64,000 nucleotides of DNA from Candidatus Scatovivens sp. (GCA_045646345.1 JAZRKN010000015.1:64001-128000); one strand, 5' to 3'. Shown: positions 48,636 through 58,002, numbered from the stretch's first letter. Notes: generated by a model not told the origin, from the letters alone. A program made the numbers and translations.

Positions 48636-50747
48636 TTATACTGTTGGTTTATTTTGATTTTGTGTAGCAGTTCCTGATTTTGGTTTTTGTGTTGCTTGTG
48701 CATTAGATGTAGTTGTTACAGGTCTTTGTTTTACTGCATTTGCCCCTTGTGGTTGATTTGGTCTTGGAACCTTTTTAACTTCTGGTGCAACTTCTTTTTT
48801 CTCTTCTGTTTTTGGTTCCTCTTTTATTTCGTTTCCATTTTCATCATATTTTGGTAATTTTGGAGGTTTAATTCCCCAGTTTCTTTCTAAGAACGCATCA
48901 AATGCAACAACGTCTGTGTCATTCATGTTTTCTCTCATACCTCTAATATTCTCAGGAGATATTGGATTTGTTAAAACATAAGCATCGTCAGCAAACTCTA
49001 ATACGTTATGATATTTATATAACTCTCTGTTTGTTTGTTTTGTAAAGAATACAGTACAGTTATCGAAAAATTTATCAAATTTTCCTTCTAATGTTTTTTC
49101 ATTTCTATGGTCGAATGTATATTCATTTTTTTCTTCTACAGGCACACACTCTGTTACTCTTTCGATGTAACGTCTACCTCTAAAGTCTTTAACTAAGTGA
49201 ATGTTAAAGTTTAAAACTTGAACAACTTGCTCTGCAGCTGTTTGTTCGTCTTTGAAAACACCAGCTCTTAACATTGAGTTACGAAGAGCTGTAACTAAGT
49301 TAGGGAATGTTTTAGCGTGGTGAGTAAACAATGTAAACTTAGAAGCAACTTGGGCAGATTGGATCATCCAAGATGCAACGGGGTCAGTAGCAACCTCACC
49401 GATGATGTTAACAGAACCGTCAGTTTTCTTTTGAACGTCTAGACAGTCTTGTCCAGAAATTGTTTCAGTTTCACGCATTGATACGATATTTCTTGTTGGA
49501 TAAATTTTTCTTAAGTGAAGCTCGAACGCAGTTTCTGTGATACGAAGGTTCATTGTTTCGTATATATTTTCGATCATCGCCATAAGCATTGTTGTTTTAC
49601 CACAACCTTGCTCTCCTGTTAGGGCTATAATTCTAGCACCTTTAACTAGGAATTTTAATAATTCAATTGTTTCTTCTTTTCCTTCAAATTTAATGATTTG
49701 TTCTAGAGTAGCTCTTTTAACGTCGAACTTTCTTACGAAGAATGCCCAAGTTTCGCACATTGATGGTCTAACAACAACGACACGAGAACCGTCTTTCATT
49801 TCATTAATTTTGAATCCATTTGTGTCAGATAACTGACCAGGGTTATTATATTTATAAATATTTTGACATACTCTTTTTAATTCAGCTTCTGTACCAAAAG
49901 ATAAGAATGCTAAACGAATAGATTTACCTTGGAAGAATATCCATATAGCATCACAGGCTCTTGGTATTTTTGATTCCATAGCTTGTTTTAAATAGTCTCC
50001 ATCAGTTTGAGCAACTTGGCTTAAGAATGATTCTGGAAGACCAGAAGTACCACCTGATACACCGTCTATGTTCATATCTCTGATTTCATCTATACTACTG
50101 AAACCTTTATATTTTTGATAAATTCTTTGAACTACAACTTCTAGTTTATCTGGAAAGTCTAGATGGATTTGCTCTTGTTCATAAATATCATCAATCTCTT
50201 CTTTTGTTATAACATAACAAGGTTTAGATTCACCTTCTACATATTTTAAAGCAGCTAAGTTATATTTTTTAATAATCTCAGTTAGAGCTTCATATGAGAA
50301 TGTTTTTTTGTATTCATGAATTAAAATATCAAATTTATCTTGAGCAGTTAATAAAGATGGAGTATCAAATGGAATTGCTTTAGAAATATTTGTTTCATCA
50401 ACACCATATTCTTTTGATAATAAGTCATATATTAATTCTTTAACATATTTCTTATCATTAACGTCTCCATATGTACAACCTTTAAGAGCTTTCTTTAATT
50501 CATATTTTTTCGCTCTTCTTCTTTTTAATTCTTCTTCTGATAAACCTATATCATATAAGTTTATTTTTGTAATTTCATCTAATCTTTGTTTAACGAACTT
50601 AACCATTTTATCCATTGTAAAAGTTTTGTCGTCAACTTCAATTGATTCTTCTATTTCAGCATTTTGATTTTTCTTAATCAAATAAACAACTAATGATATA
50701 AAACCAACAATTGCAACAAAGATTAAAGCTAAATTTGGTATATCCAT
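48636..50747 (-). CDS. TadA/CpaF (VirB11-family) pilus assembly ATPase
   Basis: IDEIRDMNIDGVSGG, DGSRVVVVRP, FFVRKF, Walker A GEQGCGKTT, ETAFEL, Walker B IIGEVA, His box FTHHA. Confidence 0.9.
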   Translation of the reverse strand: MDIPNLALIFVAIVGFISLVVYLIKKNQNAEIEESIEVDDKTFTMDKMVKFVKQRLDEITKINLYDIGLSEEELKRRRAKKYELKKALKGCTYGDVNDKKYVKELIYDLLSKEYGVDETNISKAIPFDTPSLLTAQDKFDILIHEYKKTFSYEALTEIIKKYNLAALKYVEGESKPCYVITKEEIDDIYEQEQIHLDFPDKLEVVVQRIYQKYKGFSSIDEIRDMNIDGVSGGTSGLPESFLSQVAQTDGDYLKQAMESKIPRACDAIWIFFQGKSIRLAFLSFGTEAELKRVCQNIYKYNNPGQLSDTNGFKINEMKDGSRVVVVRPSMCETWAFFVRKFDVKRATLEQIIKFEGKEETIELLKFLVKGARIIALTGEQGCGKTTMLMAMIENIYETMNLRITETAFELHLRKIYPTRNIVSMRETETISGQDCLDVQKKTDGSVNIIGEVATDPVASWMIQSAQVASKFTLFTHHAKTFPNLVTALRNSMLRAGVFKDEQTAAEQVVQVLNFNIHLVKDFRGRRYIERVTECVPVEEKNEYTFDHRNEKTLEGKFDKFFDNCTVFFTKQTNRELYKYHNVLEFADDAYVLTNPISPENIRGMRENMNDTDVVAFDAFLERNWGIKPPKLPKYDENGNEIKEEPKTEEKKEVAPEVKKVPRPNQPQGANAVKQRPVTTTSNAQATQKPKSGTATQNQNKPTV

Positions 50748-50774
50748 CTAAAGGTCCCCTTCCTTTAAAACTTA

Positions 50775-51635
50775 TTATGTTTTTAAATTTAATTCTTTTA
50801 GTTTTTCTATTATTCTCTTGCATGCATTTTCTACTGCATCAGCAAATTCTGCATTTTTATCATTTAACTTACCAGCTAATCTTGTAGTTAAGAAAAATTG
50901 AGCTACTCCAGCTTCACAAATATTTTTTACAAATGATGCATTGTATGGTATCGCAACAATTTCTCTTTTTTCATTTATATATCTTGTATAATTTTTTGGA
51001 TTATACACAGTATTTTCATCTGAATTTGAAAGTAATGGAATTACTTTTTCTTTTTTCAGTAAATCTGGAAATTTTTTCATAACCTCCAAATATTCATCTG
51101 CTTGTCTTAAATTTTTTGTAAAATTATATATTATTATGTGTGATGTTTCTAATAAAGTTCTTGTTGTTTCAGCACTCAGAGTTTTTTCTAAATCTACAAA
51201 AACTAAATCATAGTATTTATCAGCTGCTTTCAACAAATCTTTATATAACATTACTGATTTTATATAATCTTCTCTTACTTTTGTTTTTAGTCCACAAACA
51301 ACATCTAGTCTATTTTTAAACACAACTCTTGTAAAATTTGTTATAACTTCTGGAGTAGCTTTATTACTTGCAACAGCACTTACTAAACCTTCTGCTCCAG
51401 ATGAAATATCCATTTTTCCTTTGTTTAATTGTTTTGCAATGTCTTTTTTGGCATTTGTATTTACATTCCAAAAACATCTTTCCAATGTATCATCATCAAA
51501 AGTTGCATCTATTAATAATATCTTGTAATTGTGTTCTATCGCCATTTGTGTAGCTATGGAAGCAATTGAAACTGTTTGACCAGACTCTTTTTTGCTACCA
51601 CTCCAAAAACCAATTATCGCCATATTTTCCTCCAA
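50775..51635 (-). CDS. TadZ/CpaE-like ParA/MinD-fold protein (degenerate Walker A)
   Basis: IIGFWSGSKKESGQT, KILLID, YDLVFVDL. Confidence 0.7.
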   Translation of the reverse strand: MEENMAIIGFWSGSKKESGQTVSIASIATQMAIEHNYKILLIDATFDDDTLERCFWNVNTNAKKDIAKQLNKGKMDISSGAEGLVSAVASNKATPEVITNFTRVVFKNRLDVVCGLKTKVREDYIKSVMLYKDLLKAADKYYDLVFVDLEKTLSAETTRTLLETSHIIIYNFTKNLRQADEYLEVMKKFPDLLKKEKVIPLLSNSDENTVYNPKNYTRYINEKREIVAIPYNASFVKNICEAGVAQFFLTTRLAGKLNDKNAEFADAVENACKRIIEKLKELNLKT

Positions 51636-51638
51636 ATA

Positions 51639-52319
51639 TTAATTTCTTTCAATCATTTTTACGGCTTTCTTTATATTTCCATTAGACTCTCCGCTAATTT
51701 CTTCAGCCATAAATGATATTCCATCTACATATTGGATACTTACTCCTTTTAATTGTATTCTTCCTGAACGTTGATTTGCAAATATAGCATTTTGATCTGC
51801 AAGATCAAATGGGAAATATAGCACATCTTTTGCCCATTTAATTTTCAAGCCTTTCGCCAAATAATTTAAGTACTTATCTTCTTCTGGTAACATATCTTTT
51901 GTAAACAAAACTTTAGTTACTTCTATTGGTTCTTCTATTTTCTTGAAAACTTGTAACCCTCTTCTCAAACTGTATACATCAAACGAAGTAATAAAATATT
52001 TTTTATCTTCTGTTTTTATTTGATAATAATAATATCCTCTGTATGAATCTATATCTATTAAAGCATAATCATAATCAAGAGCTCCACCTTTGAACTCTTG
52101 AATTTGATTAAAATTTTCGAATCCGATTGCAATATCTATTTTTTCGAATGTAGTAATATATTGTTTAAGCGCTTTCATAGTAGGTACGATATATCTAGTT
52201 TTTTGTGTAACTGTAGAGTCCACTACTAGTACTTTTTTTCCTAGATTAACTAGTGTTTTCGCTATATATATAATCATATCAGCTTTATCATAACTTCCTA
52301 TAAAAGCGACCTTTTTCAT
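51639..52319 (-). CDS. second degenerate ParA/MinD-fold protein of the pilus locus
   Basis: KVAFIGSYDKAD...LGKKVLVVD, YDYALIDID. Confidence 0.65.
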   Translation of the reverse strand: MKKVAFIGSYDKADMIIYIAKTLVNLGKKVLVVDSTVTQKTRYIVPTMKALKQYITTFEKIDIAIGFENFNQIQEFKGGALDYDYALIDIDSYRGYYYYQIKTEDKKYFITSFDVYSLRRGLQVFKKIEEPIEVTKVLFTKDMLPEEDKYLNYLAKGLKIKWAKDVLYFPFDLADQNAIFANQRSGRIQLKGVSIQYVDGISFMAEEISGESNGNIKKAVKMIERN

Positions 52320-52334
52320 ACATTCCTCCTAATT

Positions 52335-53300
52335 TTATCTTGTGAATCCTATATCTTCAGTTCCTGCTAATGATTCAACATAAGCTTGTCTAGCAGCTTG
52401 AACTCTTCCTGCTTCTTCTTGTGTTTTTGATTGAACAATACTGTTTATTGAATCTCTGTATTTATCTAATAATGTTTCTATATTTGTTGTTCTTCCTACA
52501 GAATCATATCTTAACCATAAATTATCTTTAGCTTCTTGTGTAATGTTAGGGCTGTTTTGAATCATTGTTAGAACAGCACCACTAACTGTATATGTAGCTT
52601 CTGAAGCTTTTTGCATTCCTGGATCTGTATATTGTGTTGCATATAATTTAGAACCAGCAATTACATAAGACTCAACAATAGCATTGTTAATAGTTAACAT
52701 TTCTTCTTCATCCATATAGAACCATATTCCTGTTGCATCTGTTCCTAAAACTTTCTTTTTACCTAAAACAACATAATCTTGTCCTGTTGGTAAAGATAAT
52801 CTTATATCAACATAGTCACCATTTTTTAATTGTGATGGTAATAGAATCATATTATATTCTTGAATTCTTTCAGTATTAGATACTTCTTCATCAGCTTCTA
52901 TAAACATGTCTTTTGTTACAAAAGCTCCAGCTGGAACATCAACTCTCATAACTAATTCTTTATATTTTTGAGTACCATCCTCATTATATCTAACTTCAAT
53001 ATTTCCTTCTGAATCAAAATATTCATAATCATCTTGAGAAATCAATGTAGATTGGTCTATTGTTGTTTGAACAGTAGCCATTGTAAAGTCTTCTTCTAAT
53101 GTTATTGTTTCTCCTGATTCTAAATCATCAGCTGCTACATAACATTGTACTTGTAAAGCTTTTAACGCTTCTTTTTCTTCGTTAATTGTTTTTATTCTCA
53201 TTGATAAAGCAATTACAACAAAAGACATTATTATCAATGTTAATAAAACTCCTATAAAAAACGAATTTCTTGCTCTTCTTTGCATTGGATTCATTGCCAT
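52335..53300 (-). CDS. SAF-domain CpaB/RcpC-like pilus assembly protein
   Basis: TM, YVAADDLESGETIT (SAF), LPSQLKNGDYVDIRL..PTGQDYVVL.KKKV. RBS GGGAGG. Confidence 0.75.
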   Translation of the reverse strand: MAMNPMQRRARNSFFIGVLLTLIIMSFVVIALSMRIKTINEEKEALKALQVQCYVAADDLESGETITLEEDFTMATVQTTIDQSTLISQDDYEYFDSEGNIEVRYNEDGTQKYKELVMRVDVPAGAFVTKDMFIEADEEVSNTERIQEYNMILLPSQLKNGDYVDIRLSLPTGQDYVVLGKKKVLGTDATGIWFYMDEEEMLTINNAIVESYVIAGSKLYATQYTDPGMQKASEATYTVSGAVLTMIQNSPNITQEAKDNLWLRYDSVGRTTNIETLLDKYRDSINSIVQSKTQEEAGRVQAARQAYVESLAGTEDIGFTR

Positions 53301-53379
53301 GTTAAGTTCCTCCCTTTATTACATGTATAATTTATAAAATCTCATTTTTACAATATTCTCACAGAATATCATTTTCTTT

Positions 53380-53452
53380 ATTCTACAACAATTTCGGTCT
53401 AAAATCAACGAAACCAGACATTGTAATACAAACTTATTTTGTTTGTAATACA
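53380..53452 (-). promoter_or_regulatory. pilus-locus promoter with upstream 10-bp direct repeats
   Basis: TTGATT-17 nt-TAGAAT (53408-53380), and TTGTAATACA at 53421-53430 and 53443-53452. Confidence 0.55.
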
Positions 53453-53461
53453 TTTGTAAAA

Positions 53462-54337
53462 TTACTTCAAAACGTACTTATTTATAGCTTCTAAGACTCC
53501 CTCTGAATTATTATCTGCAACTATTTTATCTGCAATTTCTTTCATTTTCGGATTGCTATTTCCCATTACAACTCCAAGTCCTGCTTCTTCAATCATTTCT
53601 TTATCATTTACATTATCTCCAATAGTAATAACTTCCTCTTTTGCTATATTAAGTTTATCTAAAAGAAATTCTATAGCAGTCCATTTATTAACATTTTCAT
53701 TTGTTATTTCTGTATAGTAATATTGAATATCAATATCTTCTGTTCCTGATTTTATTTTTTTCTTAGACATATATGCTACTTCTAAAACATCAATTCCATC
53801 TATAGCTTTTAATCTTTTCATTATACTATTAAATATAAATTGTGATTCATCACACACTGTAATTTTCAAAAATTTTTCTTTTCCAGATTGTTCAATATAT
53901 TCAGCTATATTTTGTACAACATTTATATGAGTTCTTCTTTCTTCTATTTTTTTTACATTTTCTTTATGATAAAAAAGAACATTGTAATTAAGAGAACTAG
54001 CAATTACTTCATCCTCTGTATATACATTATAAAAAAAACTATTTTCTTCACACATTTTTGCAATATTTAAAACTTGTTCTTTGCTCAAAAATCTATCATA
54101 TAAAATTTTTTGATTTTTTATATCATAAACCGCCGCACCATTCCCTGAAATCAAAAAATTATCAACACCTAGTTCTATTGCCAAACTTTCTGTCGAACTA
54201 ATAGGTCTTCCTGAAGCAAGCACTATTTCTGTTCCTTGTTCTTTAGCTTTTTTCAAAGCCAATCTCGTTTCTTCAGAAACTTCTCCTAATGAATTAAGCA
54301 AAGTTCCATCTAAATCAATTGCCATTAATTTATACAT
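53462..54337 (-). CDS. Cof-type HAD-IIB phosphatase
   Basis: AIDLDGTLL, LASGR, NGA, VNKW, IGDNVNDKEMI..AGLGVVMGN. Confidence 0.93.
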   Translation of the reverse strand: MYKLMAIDLDGTLLNSLGEVSEETRLALKKAKEQGTEIVLASGRPISSTESLAIELGVDNFLISGNGAAVYDIKNQKILYDRFLSKEQVLNIAKMCEENSFFYNVYTEDEVIASSLNYNVLFYHKENVKKIEERRTHINVVQNIAEYIEQSGKEKFLKITVCDESQFIFNSIMKRLKAIDGIDVLEVAYMSKKKIKSGTEDIDIQYYYTEITNENVNKWTAIEFLLDKLNIAKEEVITIGDNVNDKEMIEEAGLGVVMGNSNPKMKEIADKIVADNNSEGVLEAINKYVLK

Positions 54338-54491
54338 ATTTTTCTCCTTCGTCTCCTTTAATAAAGTTATTATATCATTAAAACTTTTTTTGACAATATT
54401 ATTTAATATACAAATTATTCATACATATTTTACTTCACTTCTTTCCCTTTTATGATATAATATTTTATATTTTATCAACAAAGGAGGAAAA

Positions 54492-56076
54492 ATGAAAACA
54501 AAAAAAATCTCACCAATCGTGTTACTTTTCTCAATTCTTTTATCATTTGCAATTATTATTGGAAACAAAATTGTATTTTGTGGAAAAGTTTACGAAAACA
54601 ATTATTTAAAAAACAATTATTCATTGTTAGATCTTTTTTTATTTTTATTAATTATAGTAATAAGTTATATATCAATATTTTTTGTAAAAAAATTATATTT
54701 AAATTTTTATGATAAACTTTTAAGTTATAAAGCCAAAAGTAAATTTAATTTTTGTTTTTTTGCAATTGTACTTTTTTCTTTTGTATACTTTATATATTTT
54801 CTAACATTTTATCCAGGTGGAATATATACAGACACTCACACGTCGTATTTTATGATGAAAGGAATTGTACCTTTTACAAGCCACCATCCGGTTTTATATA
54901 CATTATTCACTTATATACTTACATTATTTAGACCATTTGAAATTGCAGTTGTAATATTTGCATTGTTACAACTATTATTTATGATTTCTACGCTTATTTA
55001 TTTTATTTATTGGTTATTAAACAAAGGATTAAACAAATATTTAGTTCTTTCCATTATATTTTTCTTAGCAATATTTAAACTTTATCCACTGTACAGCATT
55101 TCGCTTTGGAAAGACACACCATTTTCTTTAGCCTTATTCCTTTATACATTAACTTTTATAGATTTAATAATCGAATGTTTTTCTAAACAAGTGAAAACTT
55201 CAACAATAGTAAAATTAAATATATTTTCTATACTTGTTATATTTTTAAGAAACAATCGGTATTTTTATAACATTCATTAGTTTATTACTTTTATTTATTG
55301 TAAACTTTAAATACATTATAAAATCCAGAAAATCTATTCTTACAGGCTTTATCACAATATTAATCTCTTGGATAATTATGTCTTTATTCCCTTTAATGGG
55401 AATACCTGCCGCAAGTATTTGTGAATCTCTAGGAGTCCCAATTCAACAGGTCGCTTATGTTGTTGCTAATGATAAAAATGTAACACCAGAACAATTAGAA
55501 TTAATTGAAAGAGTTATGCCTGTCGCTGCAATAAAAAAATTTCATTACAATATGATTGTCGACCCACTAAAATGGTCATATTACTTTGATGATATATATT
55601 TAGAAGAACATTTATCTGAATATTTTAAACTATATGTTCAACTATTTTTCCAAAATCCAATAGAATATCTTGAAGCTTTTCTATTAGAAAACGCTGGGTT
55701 TTGGTCATTCACTGTAAATGGAAACGAAGCTTATATTTGTACTGAAAATTGGCATACTTATCGTTATTTTCATAATAAAGATTTAATATGCGAAGCTACT
55801 AATTTTTCTTTAAAAAACATTTTAAATCCAACAATTTATTTTAGCGGAGGACTGTTCTTCTGGATAACAGCAGCAAGCTTTGTTATTACTTCTCAAATTG
55901 CAAATAAAAAATTTTTACTTGGCTATTTACCATTATTAATTCTTTGGGGAACAATTATGATAGCAACACCACTTGCTGTAAGCTTAAGATATGTTTTCGC
56001 TTTAGTACTAGCTCTTCCTATTAATTTGACCTATCCGATTATTGCAAAAAAATATAGTGAATTAAAAACTGATTAA
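54492..56076 (+). CDS. DUF6020-like polytopic membrane protein (GT-C-like), interrupted by a +1 frameshift at a CGG codon (527 aa if read through)
   Basis: FYPG...D, HHPV.YT, WKDTPF, FLRNN|G, ESLGVPIQQ, RY motifs. Track ORFs 54492..55280 and 55378..56076 join by skipping C55257 (AAT C|GGT ATT). The +1 frame is open through the gap and encodes two TMs. Confidence 0.75.
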
Positions 56077-56080
56077 TTAA

Positions 56081-56122
56081 CAAAACAAAAAGAAGTAGGA
56101 TCACCTACTTCTTTTTTGTTTT
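56081..56122. terminator. bidirectional intrinsic terminator
   Basis: aaaaagaagtagg-atca-cctacttcttttt between convergent genes. Confidence 0.8.
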
Positions 56123-56141
56123 AAAAAAAATCTAATTTTAC

Positions 56142-56342
56142 TTATTTGTTAGCCATTTGATTTTCAGCTTGTTCTATCATTTTTTTAACCATGTTACCAC
56201 CGATTCTACCAGCATCTCTTGCAGATATATTTCCGTTATAACCATTTTTTAAATTAACTCCAACTTCACTAGCAACTTCATATTTAAATCTTTCTAATGA
56301 ATCCATTGCTTCTGGAACTACATTTTTATTACTTCTTGCCAT
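56142..56342 (-). CDS. alpha/beta-type small acid-soluble spore protein
   Basis: VVPEA...L..FKYEVASEVGV...YNG.I.ARDAG.IGGNMVKKMIEQAE. ATG at 56342 after GGAGGTG. Confidence 0.95.
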   Translation of the reverse strand: MARSNKNVVPEAMDSLERFKYEVASEVGVNLKNGYNGNISARDAGRIGGNMVKKMIEQAENQMANK

Positions 56343-56473
56343 TTTATTCACCTCCGAAATTTACTGTGTCTTTTACACTTATAAAAAAACTTTAAATTAA
56401 ATAATAATTTAATAATTTTTCTAACTATATATTGCGCATTTATTAAAAAAATAAACAAGTAAATTTTGGAAAA

Positions 56474-56504
56474 CAAAAAAAGTGCTACAGAAAATTGTAG
56501 CACT
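56474..56504 (-). terminator. intrinsic terminator after hpf
   Basis: agtgctaca-gaaaat-tgtagcact hairpin plus T-run on the minus strand. Confidence 0.7.
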
Positions 56505-56526
56505 ACACTATATACTTATTTAATTA

Positions 56527-57063
56527 TTATGCTTCTGGTTCTACTAAACCATAATTGTTTGAATCTTTTAATTTAAAGATTACATTTACTTTTCCAGTAT
56601 CTACATTTACGAATGTATAGAAAATGTTTCCTTTTCTTTCTTCTAATTTAATTTTTGCATCTTCTACTGAAATTGGTTTTAAATCATAAGAAATTGATTT
56701 TACTATTTCATCTTCAACTTTAACTTCAGCAACTCCTGCTAAGTTCATTTGTTTTATAGATGAATCTTTCATCATTTTTTCTCTTTTAGCTTTAGCTTTT
56801 CTTATTTGTCCTTCTAGAATATCTATATCTTTATCAATTGAAGCGTATAAGTCTTTATCTTCAGTAACTGCTTTGTAAGACATTCCTTTTACAGAAACAT
56901 ACATTTCTGCAATTTCAGATGTTACATTTTCTTTTTTGATTGTTACTGTTACATCAATTTCTTCTTCTCCAAAATATTTTTCTATTCTTGTTAGTTTTTT
57001 CTCAGCGTAATCTTTAATTGCTTCTGTAGCTTTTAGTTCTTTTCCTGTTATTGTTATATTCAT
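56527..57063 (-). CDS. hpf: ribosome hibernation promoting factor (long HPF)
   Basis: MNITITGKELKATEAIKDYAEKKL.RIEKYF, DLYASID..ID.LEGQIRK.K, C-terminal KP.SVEDA...YGLVEP. Confidence 0.93.
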   Translation of the reverse strand: MNITITGKELKATEAIKDYAEKKLTRIEKYFGEEEIDVTVTIKKENVTSEIAEMYVSVKGMSYKAVTEDKDLYASIDKDIDILEGQIRKAKAKREKMMKDSSIKQMNLAGVAEVKVEDEIVKSISYDLKPISVEDAKIKLEERKGNIFYTFVNVDTGKVNVIFKLKDSNNYGLVEPEA

Positions 57064-57164
57064 AATAACCACTCCTTCTCTTTAAGTATATTTGCATAAT
57101 CATTATATAAGTAATTTGTCTATTTTGCAAGTGAAATTTTCATGTCTACAATATTTTTTAGTCA

Positions 57165-57893
57165 TTAAAACAACTTTTCTAATTTATATTCTTTTTCTAA
57201 TTTTTCATTCAAATAAATATTAGCAATTAACTCTAATTCTTTTCTACAATTCTCAGACAATTCAAAGGAGAAAATCTTTTTTGGATCTGCAGTCATAATA
57301 TATGTTATTGCATTTTTTGTAGGATCACTCATTGCAATACTTCCTGTATCTTGCTTCCCACAAGCAGAACATTTAAATCCATTGTCTATAATACTAAAAT
57401 GTTTTAAATTTTCTTTACACTTGCACGAAACACATTCTCTTACATTCGGTGCAAATCCTAATATCTTAAGCATTCTTAGTTTAAATACAGATGTTATAAA
57501 ATCTAAATCTTTATCCGTCTCCGAAATCATATATAATGTATTTAAAAACAGCTTTAATGTATTAAATGAATTCTGATTTTCTGTCGTTACATCATTAATT
57601 ATTTTTGTTATGTAAGATGCATAAGTTAATTTATCCAAATCAGTTCTAATATTATAAAACATTTCAATTGTTTCACACGAATTCATTGTATAATGTTCTG
57701 AACCTTTAAAAAGCATATATTCACCAAAACACAAAAATTGAGTGCCGCTAAGCAGAAGGCTCTTCGGTCTCCTCGAGCCTTTTGCACTGCACCCAATCTT
57801 TCCTAAATTGGGAGTTAAGATAGTAAGCATTTTATCAAAATCTCCCATATTATTTTCAGCAATTATTATCCCATTTACCTTTACATTCTTCAT
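57165..57893 (-). CDS. recO: DNA repair protein RecO
   Basis: GDFDKMLTILT...GKI...AKG.RRPKS, Zn finger CVSC...CSAC, downstream of era. Confidence 0.95.
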   Translation of the reverse strand: MKNVKVNGIIIAENNMGDFDKMLTILTPNLGKIGCSAKGSRRPKSLLLSGTQFLCFGEYMLFKGSEHYTMNSCETIEMFYNIRTDLDKLTYASYITKIINDVTTENQNSFNTLKLFLNTLYMISETDKDLDFITSVFKLRMLKILGFAPNVRECVSCKCKENLKHFSIIDNGFKCSACGKQDTGSIAMSDPTKNAITYIMTADPKKIFSFELSENCRKELELIANIYLNEKLEKEYKLEKLF

Positions 57894-58002
57894 CTATTGT
57901 TACCTTCATATTTTCTTCCATATTTTTTACTTCTCTAAATTCAAGGTAAGAATTAATATCTCCAGTTTGCTTAAATGTATTCCACGCAATGTTTTTTATC
58001 AT
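57856..58002 (-). CDS. yqzL: YqzL-family small protein, 48 aa (below ORF-track cutoff)
   Basis: MIKNIAWNTFKQTGDINSYLEFRE matches the W..F..TG.I..YL signature, in the canonical era-yqzL-recO position. Confidence 0.8.
   Translation of the reverse strand: MIKNIAWNTFKQTGDINSYLEFREVKNMEENMKVTIDEECKGKWDNNC

Noticed and set aside
42801-55259. CGG reassigned to another amino acid, or homopolymer sequencing errors, as the explanation for the split genes
   Set aside because: Reassignment would not restore the frame, and neither site is in a homopolymer. A generic assembly error or recent pseudogenisation cannot be excluded without reads.
56400-56460. Forespore sigma-F/G promoter for the SASP gene
   Set aside because: Only a partial match (GTTTA...GCAATATA) in very AT-rich DNA, too weak to call.
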